Shown one piece after another: positions 13,101 to 26,491 of a stretch of DNA of 64,000 nt. The stretch is from Ylistrum balloti. Lineage: Eukaryota. The DNA lies in contig NW_026782129.1 in the NCBI RefSeq assembly GCF_031769215.1, positions 372,001-436,000 of the forward strand, given 5' to 3'. Position numbers and translations under genes: made by a program. The notes under the pieces are model-generated. The model saw only the letters and a program-made list of their open reading frames with translations. It searched no databases and was not told the DNA's origin. Each line of letters begins with the position of its first letter. The first letter of the stretch is position 1.

Positions 13101-16100
13101 GCCTGGAATGTTGTCCAGTTGGTATCTTAAGCCTGGAATGTTATCCAGTTGGTATATAAAGCCTGGAATGTTGTCCAGTGGGTATATAAAGCCTGGAATG
13201 TTGTCCAGTGGGAATATAAAGCCTGGAATGATGTCCAGATGGTATCTTAAGTCTGAAATGTTGTCCAGTGGGTATCTTAAGCCTGGAATGTTGTCCAGTG
13301 GGTATCTTAAGCCTGAAATGTTGTCCAGTGGCTATCTTAAGCCTGGAATGTTGTCCAGTGGGTAAAGTAAGCCTGAAATGTTGTCCAGATGGTATCTTAA
13401 GCCTGGAATGTTGTCCAGTGGGTATCTTAAGTCTGGAATGTTGTCCAGTGGGTAAAGTAAGCCTTGAATGTTGTCCAGTGGCTATCTTAAGCCTGGAATG
13501 TTGTCCAGTGGGTAAAGTAAGTCTGGAATGTTATCCAGTGGGTAAAGTAAGCCTGGAATGTTGTCCAGTGGGTATCTTAAGCCTGAAATGTTGTCCAGTG
13601 GCTATCTTAAGCCTGGAATGTTGTCCAGTGGGTAAAGTAAGCCTGGAATGTTGTCCAGATGGTATCCTAAGCCTGGAATGTTGTCCAGTGGGTATCTTAA
13701 GTCTGGAATGTTGTCCAGTGGGTAAAGTAAGCCTTGAATGTTGTCCAGTGGGTATCTTAAGCCTGGAATGTTGTCCAGTAGGTAGCTTAAGTCTGCAGTG
13801 ACGTTGATGACTCGATAACGATTGTTTACAAGAACGAAATTCATACATGTCATCGGAAAGATTGTACAAAGGAAAGTCAACAACATAGGTTAATACAAAT
13901 ACGGGGACGTTAGAGCTTAATAATGAAGAAAATTAATCAAAATATTATATTTGGCAGGTTTAGGGTTGACTGGTTAAGATGTTTTTACACTAGAACGAGT
14001 TTGTTTTAATGTGATATCTGTCTGTATGTGATAATGCCCTAGTCCAATGTAGGACTTTACCAATGATTGGTCAGGTAAATACTGAATAGGCAGCTAACTT
14101 CACGTTGGATAATGTATGGACCTATATATGTACAGCATTGTTTGGGGAGTAACTGTTAAGAGTCCTTATCCTGGAACTGAAGAGTTCATGACTATATTTA
14201 TAAATTAATTATTCTGCGCTTAACATGCATTTATTAAACAGTTGTTTTCACACAGAGTCTGTCTTGTTCCTATCACACGGTCGCTACAGTAGGATTCTTG
14301 CATACAGCTTAATTGTGAAATATACCAGGGCCAATTTTCAAAAGATAATTTACAAGTGATAGATCGATAAGAAAAAACAGCAGGTAATTACAATTTAATC
14401 TATTGCGCAGGAAATTTGATATATCTCTTCAATAAATTCATTGTAGGAATATCTCTTGTACTCTTGAATTGGGTTTTTTTTCAAAGGCCATGCATATATC
14501 TTATATCATAATAGATTGCGTTTTTGAACGGGAGTATGATGCAGTTGATTTAAAGTTCTTGTTTGTTCTCTGTCATATACTGCTTGCCGGGACTGTCCAG
14601 CAATTTTATCAATAGTTTCGCATGTAATTAGTTTCCATTGACACAAAGATAATCATCATATATATCAATAAACGCTGGTATTACTACATAATGATATCGA
14701 CTGTAACGTTTTGACACAAACCATACAGTTTTATTGTATAACTTATCCCTGAATATAATAATACATTGTATAATGATTATATCTTAGTATCTCTTGGTAC
14801 AACTGTAAGTTCCAAATTAGTTTAAAAGATACTGTTTACTAAGAACTAACATAGTTCAGACACAACTCCGAGAAAAAGTTCAATTGCGTCATAGACACCG
14901 CAGGAGAATTACTGTTGTTTAAGATGGCTGTAAACGAACCATCTTCACTCAAAGCAGATAATGAAATGGCGACAGGCAGATGATTTATTTACGTCGGGAG
15001 ATTGTTTTCTAACTAGAGTTTTGAATAATTGTTTAAAAGATACACAAGTCAACACCATAGTTTGTAAGTTGTAATCAGATACAGTAGAATTGAACTGCAT
15101 GCGGTAGTTTAAGTAATGATTTTAATTCGAACCAGTAACAACAACACGAATTATCTCTATGCTGACGAACGTTCTATATAAATTGTCTTTTTATATGGAA
15201 CGGGAACAATGTCTTAGTGAAACATAAAACAAAGCTTAGATTTCACATGATAAAATTTATAGTGCCAAAATATAATGACAATAAATAAATCGAAATTAAA
15301 TAAAATAGTATATTTGTATTAAATAAATGAAAAATGTGCATTTTTTTCTCTACATACGCGTACGTTTCGCGGCATCATACCTGCTTGCCGGAACGCGTTA
15401 GTTTCGCATAATCAGGTGAACATTATTTCCTCTCCCATGAAAATGAACCCAACAGGTTGTCGTAGTTTACTCCAATTGGACAATAATTATAACGTGTACG
15501 TGAAGAGCACGTGCGCTGTTTCTAGCTTGGTTACAAAACCAAAACAAAGGAGGTCTCAAAGAATTGAAATAGTCACAAATTAACATTTAAACTTTACTGC
15601 TTTTTAACTTCGTCACATAAAAAAATAAATATTTCTTTATTTTTCAGTCAAATAGCAGGACAGTACATAGTGTTCACATAAAAAAGAGACATTAAAAACA
15701 TCTTTAATGACAGGTAATGACTCTTACGTTGCGTTGCTACAGATATTTCACATTTACTTTGACAGAAAAAAATAGCATAATAAAATTGATGATATCTCAC
15801 AAAATCATTTCATAATACCAGGCATGTTAACATAACAACTTAAGGTTTAGTATGGTCTTTTTTAGTGATGGATATATTCGGCAACCTCAGAAATAATGAA
15901 AACAAAAAAGTTTTTGTACATGTGTTTTTCACGAATTCCTTATCAAAGAAGTCCAATGAATTGAAAGGCACGCGTTTCATTTAGCAGGTGAAGCAAATGT
16001 TATTTGTAAAATCAAGACCACATCTAACATTGACATATCGGTAAATTAACACCTGTGTCATTATGTAAGGGGAAAGTCTATGAAAATTAAAAAAAAAAAA

Positions 16101-16631
16101 AAAACTCGACGACGGATGTCTTACCTTAGAACTGACAGTTGAGTCCTCATGTTCCATGACTGACCATATCCTTGCCCGAAATTTCCCTATTGGGGATGGC
16201 ACAGGGTTATTGGCAGGTGCTGTATAAACCGTCTTCTCAATGCTGGATTGGAAGGCCGAGATTGTTTCGAACTCGTCGAAAAAAGCCAAGTATTTAAATC
16301 GGCAACAATACTGCATATCATCCGGATCCAACTCCCAAAATTCTAACTCTCTTTTGTAGGCCTTTGGACAAACATTGGCTGGCATGTGTAGCTCTCCTGT
16401 TTGGTAGTATGCTAAAATATCTTCAAAGATTGTGCTTGGTCGGCTGAAGAATAATGTTTTCTTAATACCCGGTCCTTGTGTTGGTGACATTGATGAATCA
16501 GCAGCTAATTTACCGAGTCGCGAATTCGGAAACCGAGCTAGAATGTCTCCTGATACTTCAAAAACTTTTCCTGAAATGTTTAATTGAAATACAGGTGGGG
16601 ATACATCTATGTCTTCCACTGACAGATTCAT
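7147..16631 (-). CDS. Voltage-gated potassium channel subunit, Shaw/Kv3 (KCNC)-like, 526 aa, 2 coding exons: 16631-16125 and 8220-7147
   Basis: Exon 1 encodes a T1/BTB domain (LNISGKVF...LFFSRPSTIFEDILAYYQTGELHMPANVCPKAYKRELEFWEL) with the non-Shaker Zn motif H-x5-C-x20-CC and ends SSK|gtaag. Exon 2 starts ttttcag|ATT GTG ATG in phase 0 and encodes S1-S6 with pore WWWGIITMTTVGYGDVVP. An in-frame ATG further upstream (16694) is possible. Confidence 0.93.
11225..11345 (-). mobile_element. Probable tRNA-derived SINE fragment
   Basis: Minus-strand B-box GGGTTCGATCC at about 11293-11303. The A-box is degenerate. Confidence 0.4.
12985..13795. repeat. 30-bp minisatellite, about 27 copies, in the Kv channel intron
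   Basis: Consensus AAGCCTGGAATGTTGTCCAGTGGGTATCTT. The period is exactly half a 60-base line, so copies align vertically. Confidence 0.96.
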
Positions 16632-17774
16632 TTTGCCAAAAGCAAGACGGAAGAATCGGTTATTTTTGTACGTTGATATACATAGATAGAACAAACACCG
16701 CTGCCTCCATAACGTTCACCAACGGCATGGCTCCGCTGTTGATATGAACATGTGCTGATTTATATATATGTAACACAGGTAATCGATAATGCCTATGTAC
16801 AATGGAAATTTCGAGTCTGTAACCAACAAGGCACAGTATTGATTTCAATGATTATGGTAGACGAGGAAACAAAGCAAATCTAACTATATAACATTTTCAA
16901 AATTTACTTTTAAAAAATGAATTCGTTAAAAACTCGCCTCAGGAGGAACATGTACGGGACCATTGTTAAATTTCCTATTTCTATGAATTACACCCTTTGT
17001 ACACTCATTACTGTATCTCATTAAACATGTTTTAGCGAAAAAGTTTAATGGCATTAAGATGATTCCTCAAATGGTATCATGCATCCTTGTAGGATTCAGT
17101 TGGAAATTCAGAAAGCTGAGTTTGGAAAACAAAGACGTTTGAAAACCAAATTTAAACATACACGTGTATTTGACGTTATTCTAAAATTATCTTATAAATA
17201 AAAATTGCGAAATTTAGTTAATTATATAATAGTGTTAGTGAACCTCCCGTTAAGATTTGTTATTTTCTTTCGATCACATTGAATTTTTCTCATTCGCCTC
17301 ACATGCTTCGAAATGTATACCCTTAGCATCACTGACGAGTCCTAGAAGGAAACAACAGCTGTATGGTGGAGCTTTATTCGTTGTTTGCTCTACTTTGTCT
17401 ACCTCTATAAGTATATTAAAAGGTACCATTCACTTGTACGTACTTGTGTGCGCCTTGAGTACACTCTTTGAAGTACAGAAGTAAACCAACTGAAACATTC
17501 AATTAATTCCACTAATTAAAGTTTTCAAAATTAAAAGTTTTTGTTCTGGATCGTACAATGATCATTAATTTTATCTCACAGATCCTACAACACATACAAG
17601 TGCTTAACAGTACATACCAAGCAATGATGTGTCAGAAACATATTCGCCACTTCAAAGGACGAAAAGCTCGTGCGAAATGAAAAGATTAACAGACACTTTG
17701 TGATGGACACACGGGTAAGAAAACACCAGGGTTATTTTCTAACAAAGCAGGAGTGTAACTCTCTCAGGATATTC

Positions 17775-18150
17775 AATCATATATCGCGCTAATGGGAAGT
17801 ATCACACTATCGGAGAAGACTGAATGTATTGCGATAAGAGGGAGAACTGAATATATCGCGCTAATGGGAAGTATCACGCTATCGGAGAAGACTGAATGTA
17901 TCGCGATAAGTGGGAGAACTGAATATATCGCGCTAATGGGAAGTATCACGCTATCGGAGAAGACTGAATGTATCGCGATAAGAGGGAGAACTAAATATAT
18001 CGCGCTAGTGGGAAATATCACGCTATAGGAGAAGACTGAATTATCGCGATAAGAGGGAGAACTAAATATATCGCGCTAATGGGAAATATCACGCTATACG
18101 AGAAGACTGAATGTATCGCGATAAGTGGGAGAACTGAACATATCAAGCTA
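17775..18150. repeat. 72-bp minisatellite (3 x 24-bp substructure), about 5 copies; degenerate 24-mers continue at about 18460-18600 and 18930-19010
   Basis: ATATCGCGCTA recurs at 17781, 17853, 17925, 17997 and about 18068. Confidence 0.9.
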
Positions 18151-19769
18151 TCGGGGAGAAGAAAAAAAACTTAGCAACATGTCAACATAATTATAATCAT
18201 AATAGGTTAGTGTACAGGATGGTTGTTGCTATCTAGTAATGGAAAGTCAAAAGGGTATATGAAGTCATATAGCTTGATGGGAAATTCTCCATGCTGGTTT
18301 CGTTGTAGATCGAAATTCGCGGTGGATGTAGAAAAATCCGTCATGTTCTTGATTTCCAATTCTGATGTGTACATTCGATGGGCGTGGTCAATTAATTTCC
18401 TGTCATTTAAACAAAAAACGTCATCAATATATCTGAAAGTGAAATTAAACTAAATTTATCACGCTTATGGGGATATCTAGATATATTATGTTATTGGGGT
18501 CAACTAGATATACCACGCTTAGGAGAGCAACTAAATATAGCACGTTATTAGGCAGAACTACATACATCACGCCAAAGGGGACAACTAAATACTACTAAAT
18601 ATTAGACACACGAGTAAAATATATTTGTTATTGCTGAAGACATTTTTAAGTATTCTACTTATAACATTTACAAAGGCAAAATAGCCACATCACTGGCATA
18701 TTTAGGACAGATATAAAAAGAAGATGACTATGCTTTTCGCGGACATGATTCACACATTATAACTTAAATATAGTCTTTTTTTAAAAAAATGATTTAAAGA
18801 AATGTGAATACAAAATAAGATTTCAATGCAGATGCATTTTATATTCACTAGCTGACAAAATTTACCGTAAAACGTTCAGAGAGAGTTTAACTGTGACAAG
18901 TTACTACCCGGCTGAAAACTGCGCTAACAGGAAGAACTAGATATATCACGCATTCGGGGACAACCACAAACATCACAACATAGAGGAGAACAAAATATAT
19001 CACGCTATCATAAATTGCATACAAGCATTATGTGTGTGTCGATATTGATGTTGTATCTATATCCATTTAGCTACATAAGCCCACATTGATGTCCCACATG
19101 GGACACATGTACTCTAGATAGGCACAGGTAGGAGACAATGAAATCTGTGGATATACCTGCCAAGGGTAAAGAAATAGATATTCTACCTGAGGGTACTGAA
19201 TTTTATACTCCGGGGTAAAAATAAAAATCTTGGAAATAGACATTTATCGAAAGTAGGCTGATCAATAAAAGCAGCTATGACTTTGTTGTTGGGATAAGCT
19301 GGTCACAACATCTAATTAAAATAAAAATATATCTAGGTTGACAAATTTGACGGTAAAAGTCTTTCATCACAATCCCCATTAACATTACTTGTGATTTGTC
19401 AATCAAATAACAGGTGGCAATTCAGGATTCTCGAAAATTAAATAAGTCGCACTCGGCCTGCAGCTCGAACTTGGCTTATTGTCAAGAAATTAGGATAACT
19501 ATTTACTTTGGGACAGAATTTAATAAATAGATTCTAACCCAAATTCAATACAATCAAAAGAATATCCATATCACACATATCTCCCTTAGAAAGCTGGGAA
19601 TGCATCTGGTGCGTTGGGGAAGCTATAAACAATAGGTTTAATAAGTTTTCCTCGATCATGCATACAAGGCGTAAACAATACAGGGATGCCTCTGATAAGC
19701 CTGTTACAAGAACTGTTGTCCTGAAATGTGATAATGGAATGCAATATATAGCAGAACAAAATATTCCAA

Positions 19770-21230
19770 GTATGCTGATGCTAATAGATTTTGAAAAGGC
19801 GTTTGACTCGGAGTTTCATAGATAAAGTTTTGGATTATTCTAACTTTGGTGAAGATTTCGGACATGGTGTATACGCTTCAATTAATCTATGTGGTGATAT
19901 ATCTGAACATATAAATATCGAAAGAGGCTGTCGTCAAGGAGATCCAGAAGCCCCTTATATTTTTATGTGCGGAAGTTCAAGCTGCCAAAATTAGAAATAA
20001 CAACCTTATTAAAGGCAATGACATTGATAATGTTCCAATTTTGAATGTGCAATATACTGACGATATTGGTTTGATATTAGATGGGTCAGGAAGGTCATTT
20101 GATGAGTCTATTTTAGAGTTGCAGAATTATGCAGAAATCTCTGGTCCAAGTATTATTACCAATAAAACTCGTATCATATGGTTAGGTAGTTGTTAATATA
20201 GTAATGTAAAATATCGACCAGATTTGATATTGCAATGGAGATAAGACAAGTTCATCTTCTTGGTTATAGGCTTTCCAGTTGATTTTGTCAGATTCCTAAA
20301 TATAATTTTGACAAAAAAAATTGTAAAACTTAAATCGCTACTTACTAAATGGAAAAGACGGAATTTAACTCCGATTGGTAAAATCAATATTATTAAGTCA
20401 TTATTGATTTTGCAACATAATTAACAATGTATTACCTTACCAAATTCACCAGAGAAATATATCACTCAGTTAAATTCCTTATTATTTGATTTACTATGAA
20501 ATGGTTATTGTCATGAAATTAAGACTGGTGTCATTATACAAGATTATACGGATGGTGGGCTTAAAATTATTGACTTTCAACCATTCTTTAAAGCTAGGCT
20601 GGATAAGAAGACTACATCTCTTCTTTGGTAAATGGAATTTGGTCTTTAAGTAAACCATATATTTTAAAAAGTTGTATAATTGTGGAAAGGAATATTTACA
20701 TTTGTGTGGATCCAACTGCCGCAATTTAGTTTTGAAGGATTTCTTTAAGGCTGGGAATAAACTAAACAATTCTGAAGGAATGAGGCATGGCAGAAAAAAC
20801 AAAGTATTAACAATAAGTTAGTTTTTATCATAATTGTTTTGTAGCAGGTGATTTTACATTGAATGATCTGATCAAGATTTAGAACAATTTACTCATTTTT
20901 CTTTTGATGAGTGTTTACAAACTTTAATATTGATGCCAACTTTCTGCAATACCGTGGATTAGTAACATCAAAAAGAGTCATTAATCTCCTGTTTCAGACA
21001 GAGAAGCTTTCACAGCCGTTTATAACACTTACTCTAGAAATTTTCTTTAGGAGCAAAAAAGATGCTAAAGACGTTTATAAGTCAATTAGAGTCCCAGCAT
21101 CAATAGCTACTTGTACTATTAAATGAAATCTGGTGTTTAACGTTGAGAATGGAAAGTTATCAAAAATACATAAATGTTCTTTTATAGTAACTAAAAACTC
21201 AAAGCTATTGTAGTTTCAAATTTTGTACAT
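19770..21230 (+). mobile_element. Degenerate L1/Tx1-type non-LTR retrotransposon ORF2 remnant (reverse transcriptase and C-terminal part)
   Basis: Frame-broken RT motifs: LIDFEKAFDS (about 19781), RGCRQGDP (19923), QYTDD (about 20050; YADD-like), KWKRRNLTPIGKINIIKSLL (about 20347) and DGGLKIIDF (about 20550). Many stops and frameshifts. Confidence 0.85.
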
Positions 21231-23475
21231 TTACACTGTGATACAATGGAGCTATATATGTTATTGATTTTCCAATACTTGTGTACTTGAGAGGGTGTTT
21301 ATTTAGCTGTTTACACTTATGTCAGTATGTTGTACTGGAGTTATTTAAATGTGCTGCTTTCCGCCATTCAATCATTGTTTTTACAGGTTTTTGATATTTT
21401 CATTTTCTGGGGTTTTTTTTCCTCGTAATTGCAAACAGGGATTTTGTTACTGTCGATAAAAACTGTAATCATTTGTTAATATTTCTATGTGGTTTAGACA
21501 TCATTTAGAAATATCTTTCAGAAATTGCGAAAACAAATAAAAAATTTGGCGCTGAGGTAAAGTACTTAATCCCCTCCAACTCCCAATGCAGAGTTATAAT
21601 TCCATGACCTAGAGTTCAGTTGAGGTTGGGCAATGGAAAGACAATGTGAATATATTGCCTTATCTGTAACAGGATCTGTTCAGTCATGGTTGAGTGGCTC
21701 GCAAATATCGATGGAGATAAACGTTGAATTATTTATGTAGATGTATCAGAATGGTAGACGATATGCTAAAGTTAACAAATGTGTAATTGGTACCACACAT
21801 AAAGGGCAGTTTTAATAGCTACCTAAACTGATGGGCTCCGTGATTGCTATGTTTACTAATTCCCCAAACGGCGACCAGATATAAGCGGTCTATAACAATA
21901 AGCGACGAGTCATGACCGGAACCCATCACAATTTGTACGGAACCCATGTCCTGTGATAACATATTTGCTTTTACTTTACTTTCAAGGTCGTTAGGAAACA
22001 ATTATGGGAAACTATTACCAATATCTGTTCGTGTAATGCATCCATTTGAATTTGCACATTGGAATGTAATATGAATATAACGATATTCAGCAACTTGCAA
22101 ACGAGGTGCCGAGATAATTCATATTTGATGTTTATTCGTGAAATCGACTGTTAAAAACATTACCAACGAATCGATCTGTACGCTTCAATACTATCTGTAT
22201 GTATCTGATTCATCTCTACGCAACTTTCATTCGCTGGTAATTGTATACACCACTCAATAAAAAATACAAATTTTTATCACACTAACGTATATTTTTAAGA
22301 TTAATGACGAATCACGAGATATATTCTTCCAATTGCTATGTCAAATAAATTCGGGAAGTAAAATAAATAAAACACAGACGATATGTCAATCAGACAATTC
22401 GCTGACAATCTACTGGTGGTTAGTATGTCTCTATAGACAAGGCAGGATAGTCACTTCTTAGCCTGTTCCCGGGGGCTTAATTTCATTATCAGTGTTGCTG
22501 ATTATTCAGGTCCACTCAACATCATATGGTAATATACCATCAACGTCATAAATACAATATTCAATAGAAAATAAATGGTTTTAGCTATTACATTTCCTTA
22601 AACCAACGACAAGGAGAACAATTACTACCCAATACTGAATTGTTAACGACGGAAGTGCAGACAGCAAACATAATAACATTGTATTTACCTGGCAGTGTAC
22701 AACCATAGATACTGGGCTAGTGGTCTACTGTAATATTCATGGTTGTAGCTTTAATGGTTTAAAGAGGAAATATAAATAATTTCCAATCAATCTACAACAA
22801 CAATGCTTGGCTTGATAAAGAAATGTACTTATATTTAGAGATGTTACTTAAACTCATTATGTTGTAGACATTTAGTGTAAATAAGTTAATTGAAATGGTT
22901 TAAGGTCAGATATAAAATGTTTAGCAATTGATGAGAGCCTGTACTTCAATGCTGTTTAATTGCCCGTTAATGGATTCAACTACGAAGTTCAAACAAGAGG
23001 CCCGTGGGATTTGCATCACTCAAATAGTTTGGTTTGGTCACAATTACTTAACCAAGCAGAAGAGGAAGGAGTTTACATATTCATCCCTACTTTCCTTATT
23101 CAATCCCTTTCATCTTTCCCAAGCAAAACAAAACAATGGTCATTTGTCTGATGAAGGTGACTGTGTAGTTATTGAAACATCACACTCAAATCTTCTACAG
23201 GTTGTCGTATAATAACTTCCATGTATGGTTGTTTATTTTGTTATTATCTCATACTAGTTTTGTTGATTTGGGATTTAAATAATGAATTAATTATTGAATT
23301 ACATGTACTTGTTGAGATATTCATCAAAGCAAACATCTTAGCTACATGACGAACTTCTGTAAACGTGATGGTTCCAGATCATTGTCATTAACAGAATGCA
23401 AATCTTGGGAGTCATTCTTAACTCGGATGCCAAATGGTTATACCATATTTATGAAATTAATAAATCTGTAATGAA

Positions 23476-23920
23476 AACAAGAGGCCCATAATGCCTGTAT
23501 TGCTCACCTGGTTTAGTTTGCCGAAATGGATAAAAAATCAGGAAAAGTATTTAAACTTGTATCTATTTCCCCTATCAGGTGCCCCTCCCCACTAATTCCC
23601 AAGGAGGTTAGATTCATTGTTCAAACAAAACTAAGTTATCATCATCAAAGATGCTTCTGATAAAATCTGAACAAAATCGAATCATTCCAACAGAGGCTGG
23701 ATTTTTAAGATAGATTTTCCCAATTGGACCCCATCCCTCAGGCCCTGGGGCCCCAGACCAACCATTAATATAATTTATTTTTGCTTCCGCCTGGGATGGT
23801 TCAGAAAATTTGGCTAAAATCTGTGCAGTCCTTCAGGACTAGTAGAGATTTATTGGAAAAGTTGACAGATGCCAGACGGATGGATGCTGGACAATGTGGT
23901 ATCCCTATAGATCCCAATTT
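23476..23920 (+). mobile_element. Non-autonomous HINE/Helentron- or MITE-like element
   Basis: 5' end AACAAGAGGCCC...ATTGCTCACCTG, internal GC-rich CCCC/GGGG subrepeats, and a GACAGATGCCAGACGGATGG-type 3' region, as seen in bivalve non-autonomous elements. A related 5' end occurs at 22992. Confidence 0.55.
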
Positions 23921-26491
23921 CCTTAAAGACATCTGATTAACTTGCTTCCATGATTAAGTCAGCAGAATAAACATTATATGTGTTTGTCTATAGGAATCTT
24001 TGGTGAGGAACTATATAAGATTTTTATGTTACTTAAACCTCAACTTTTCAGACATTCCTGTTGTCTACACTACTCTATATCATTGTCTTGGAGTTTTAAT
24101 TGATGGTGACACCTAAATGAAGTTATCATGTATCATTTACTCTATACTAGGTATATTTCAGTCATTTTCATGGGGGACTTACTTTCATTGCATTTTTAGG
24201 TACTTTACATCAACAAATTTATGTTTCCATGAAATGATAAACAGATCAGAATTGACCTAGATTATAGTCCTTTTTTTTGAGTCCAATTTACCCACAAAAT
24301 CAGGTGCTAACCACAAAATCTAGGCCACAGGAAAATACATTATTGTGTAGAATCTTGAGAGTTACAAGTGATAAGTTTCAGTGAATTAAACAGACCCTCT
24401 GGCTATTCCTTACCCTGTATGCCTTGTTATATTTTGTATAATATACTGACATTTCCACAAAACGTACACTTACCTTATTGTCCTTTTCATTTTCTAAACT
24501 TTATGACCAGATTTCTTCCCATCTGGTCCCAGACAAATACATGACACAGTTTTAGTAATCATTTTGCATATGCTGTATATATCACTAACTTCTTCCATGA
24601 TGATGCTATTCACATATGTTGCGTTTGTAAAACCTTAGGAACTCCAGCCTGTCTGAAAGGATCTATCACTATAGAAAAGCAGCAAACACATACTAGACCT
24701 GGGAAATACATGTGACCATTTTTCTCTGCACATGTTCTCATTAGCTCTTTAATTATCAATTTCTTTATCAATTTTAAATAGTAATGGATTTCAAATCAAA
24801 CTCATTCCTTGAAAGTTGCTGCGTTGAAGTACTAACATTAAATTCTCTCACATTAAAATTTGTTACAAAATAATTAATATTAGCATTCCATACTTTTATC
24901 TGTTCATTGAAACATTAAATTCTGTAAATAAACAGACTAAGTTTTGTGAAATACATCTCACCTCTCCAGTTCACACTTGTATCACTATAGGGTTTAAAAG
25001 CTTTACATTTTATTTTATCTTGATGGTCGTTGGTTAAAGTTAAATGATCAATGCCTTTTCTTTCACTTCAACAGATCTAGGTATTAGTGTGGGTGTTTGG
25101 TCCTCACTTGTTTATATTGTGTAATACGTTCTGTGTGTAGAAACTTTTGTTGTTTTTGTAGTTATACAAATAATGGTAAAAATCAAATGCAACATATAGA
25201 CTTAAAATGTGCAGAGTTATGTGATATCTATATTTACCCAGGAGTTAATGTCATAGGTTTAAACCAGGGAAAAAAGCACCTCCCAATATTTCCCATTATA
25301 CAGCATATGTCCGAACAAACTTCAAAGTCAGACAGGGAGAAATGTGAAAATTGTATCCTGAGAAATAATGTGATAATTTACAGAAAATAACCATCAGTAT
25401 AAAACTGTTCAACCAGTTTACAGTACAGAGTACTTAAGGTAGAAAAGTGTTGGTATACAACAGATCAAAACAGAAACACTTCATGTAATTGATGATTTCA
25501 ATTTTCAGTTTGTTTTACTGATGATTGATGTAAAAGAGATGTACATTTCGTAGAATCATGAAATGGATTATGATATTCCCTTTATTAATTTTGAAGTATT
25601 TTAAAGGAATGAATGTATTTAATAGTTTCATTCCATAACTGAAAATAATAAACACTCAGCCACTGGGTTTACTTCAGGGAGAATGACTGTATGAAATTGG
25701 TGAGAATGTTTTTGGAAAATCTCACTAAACATCTGTCCAAGATGGCAGTTTTGAGAAGACTTTAAAGCACATATTACATGATTTTCCCTATGTGTCCTGT
25801 CCCTAGTGAATGCCACCCCCACCTCATTTACTGAAAAAATGTGTACTCCCTTTGAATGATCTATCAGTTAGAATTTTCAAAATCACCTAATTTCTCCTTT
25901 GGTTCCCACCCCAGAGGTCATACCAACCTCATTTATTTATGAAATCTTTGTTCTTCTCCACTGATTTTCCAGACAAAATTTGGCTAACATCCTCTTAGGA
26001 TTTAAGAAAGTCTTAGAGTAGCATTTTAAAGCAAACATTTTGTTAAATTCCAATTTCAGACCTTTTGCCTCACTGTCCCTAGAAGTCAAATCAACCTTAT
26101 TTATAAGAAATAATTGTCCTCTCCCAGTAATGTTTCAGGCCATATTTGGATGAAATCCACACTAAACCATTAAGAAGGAATAGTCTAAAGAAAATGTAAA
26201 CAAAGCCAAACGACATTGTGATATAGTTATCGGAATTCTATTTGTACATTTCATTAAGTCACTTTACAATTAATGCATTCATTACTGCTCCCTTGAAAGA
26301 CAATTAATCAAAGGCTTGGTCAAAATTTTATTGCACCATATGGCAGTACTGGAAACACTGGTCCAATGTGAGAAACACTTGTAATACTACTCCTGTATAT
26401 TTCATACATTCCCCAGTGAATACATTGCTAATGAAGTCCTTATCCAGAATGTCTGTTTTTTTTTTGCGTTTTTTTTTTTTTTTCTTTAGTG

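Noticed and set aside
13268-13886. ORFs ILSLECCPVG..., PTGQHSRLKI... and LDNIPGLRYP...
   Set aside because: These are alternative frames of the 30-bp array.
17773-18028. 24-aa repeat ORFs on both strands
   Set aside because: These are frames of the 72-bp array.
21819-25822. Short ORFs and isolated splice-like motifs (e.g. plus-strand acceptor at about 25077) suggesting an extra gene
   Set aside because: There is no consistent exon chain or recognisable protein, and several ORFs overlap repeat elements.
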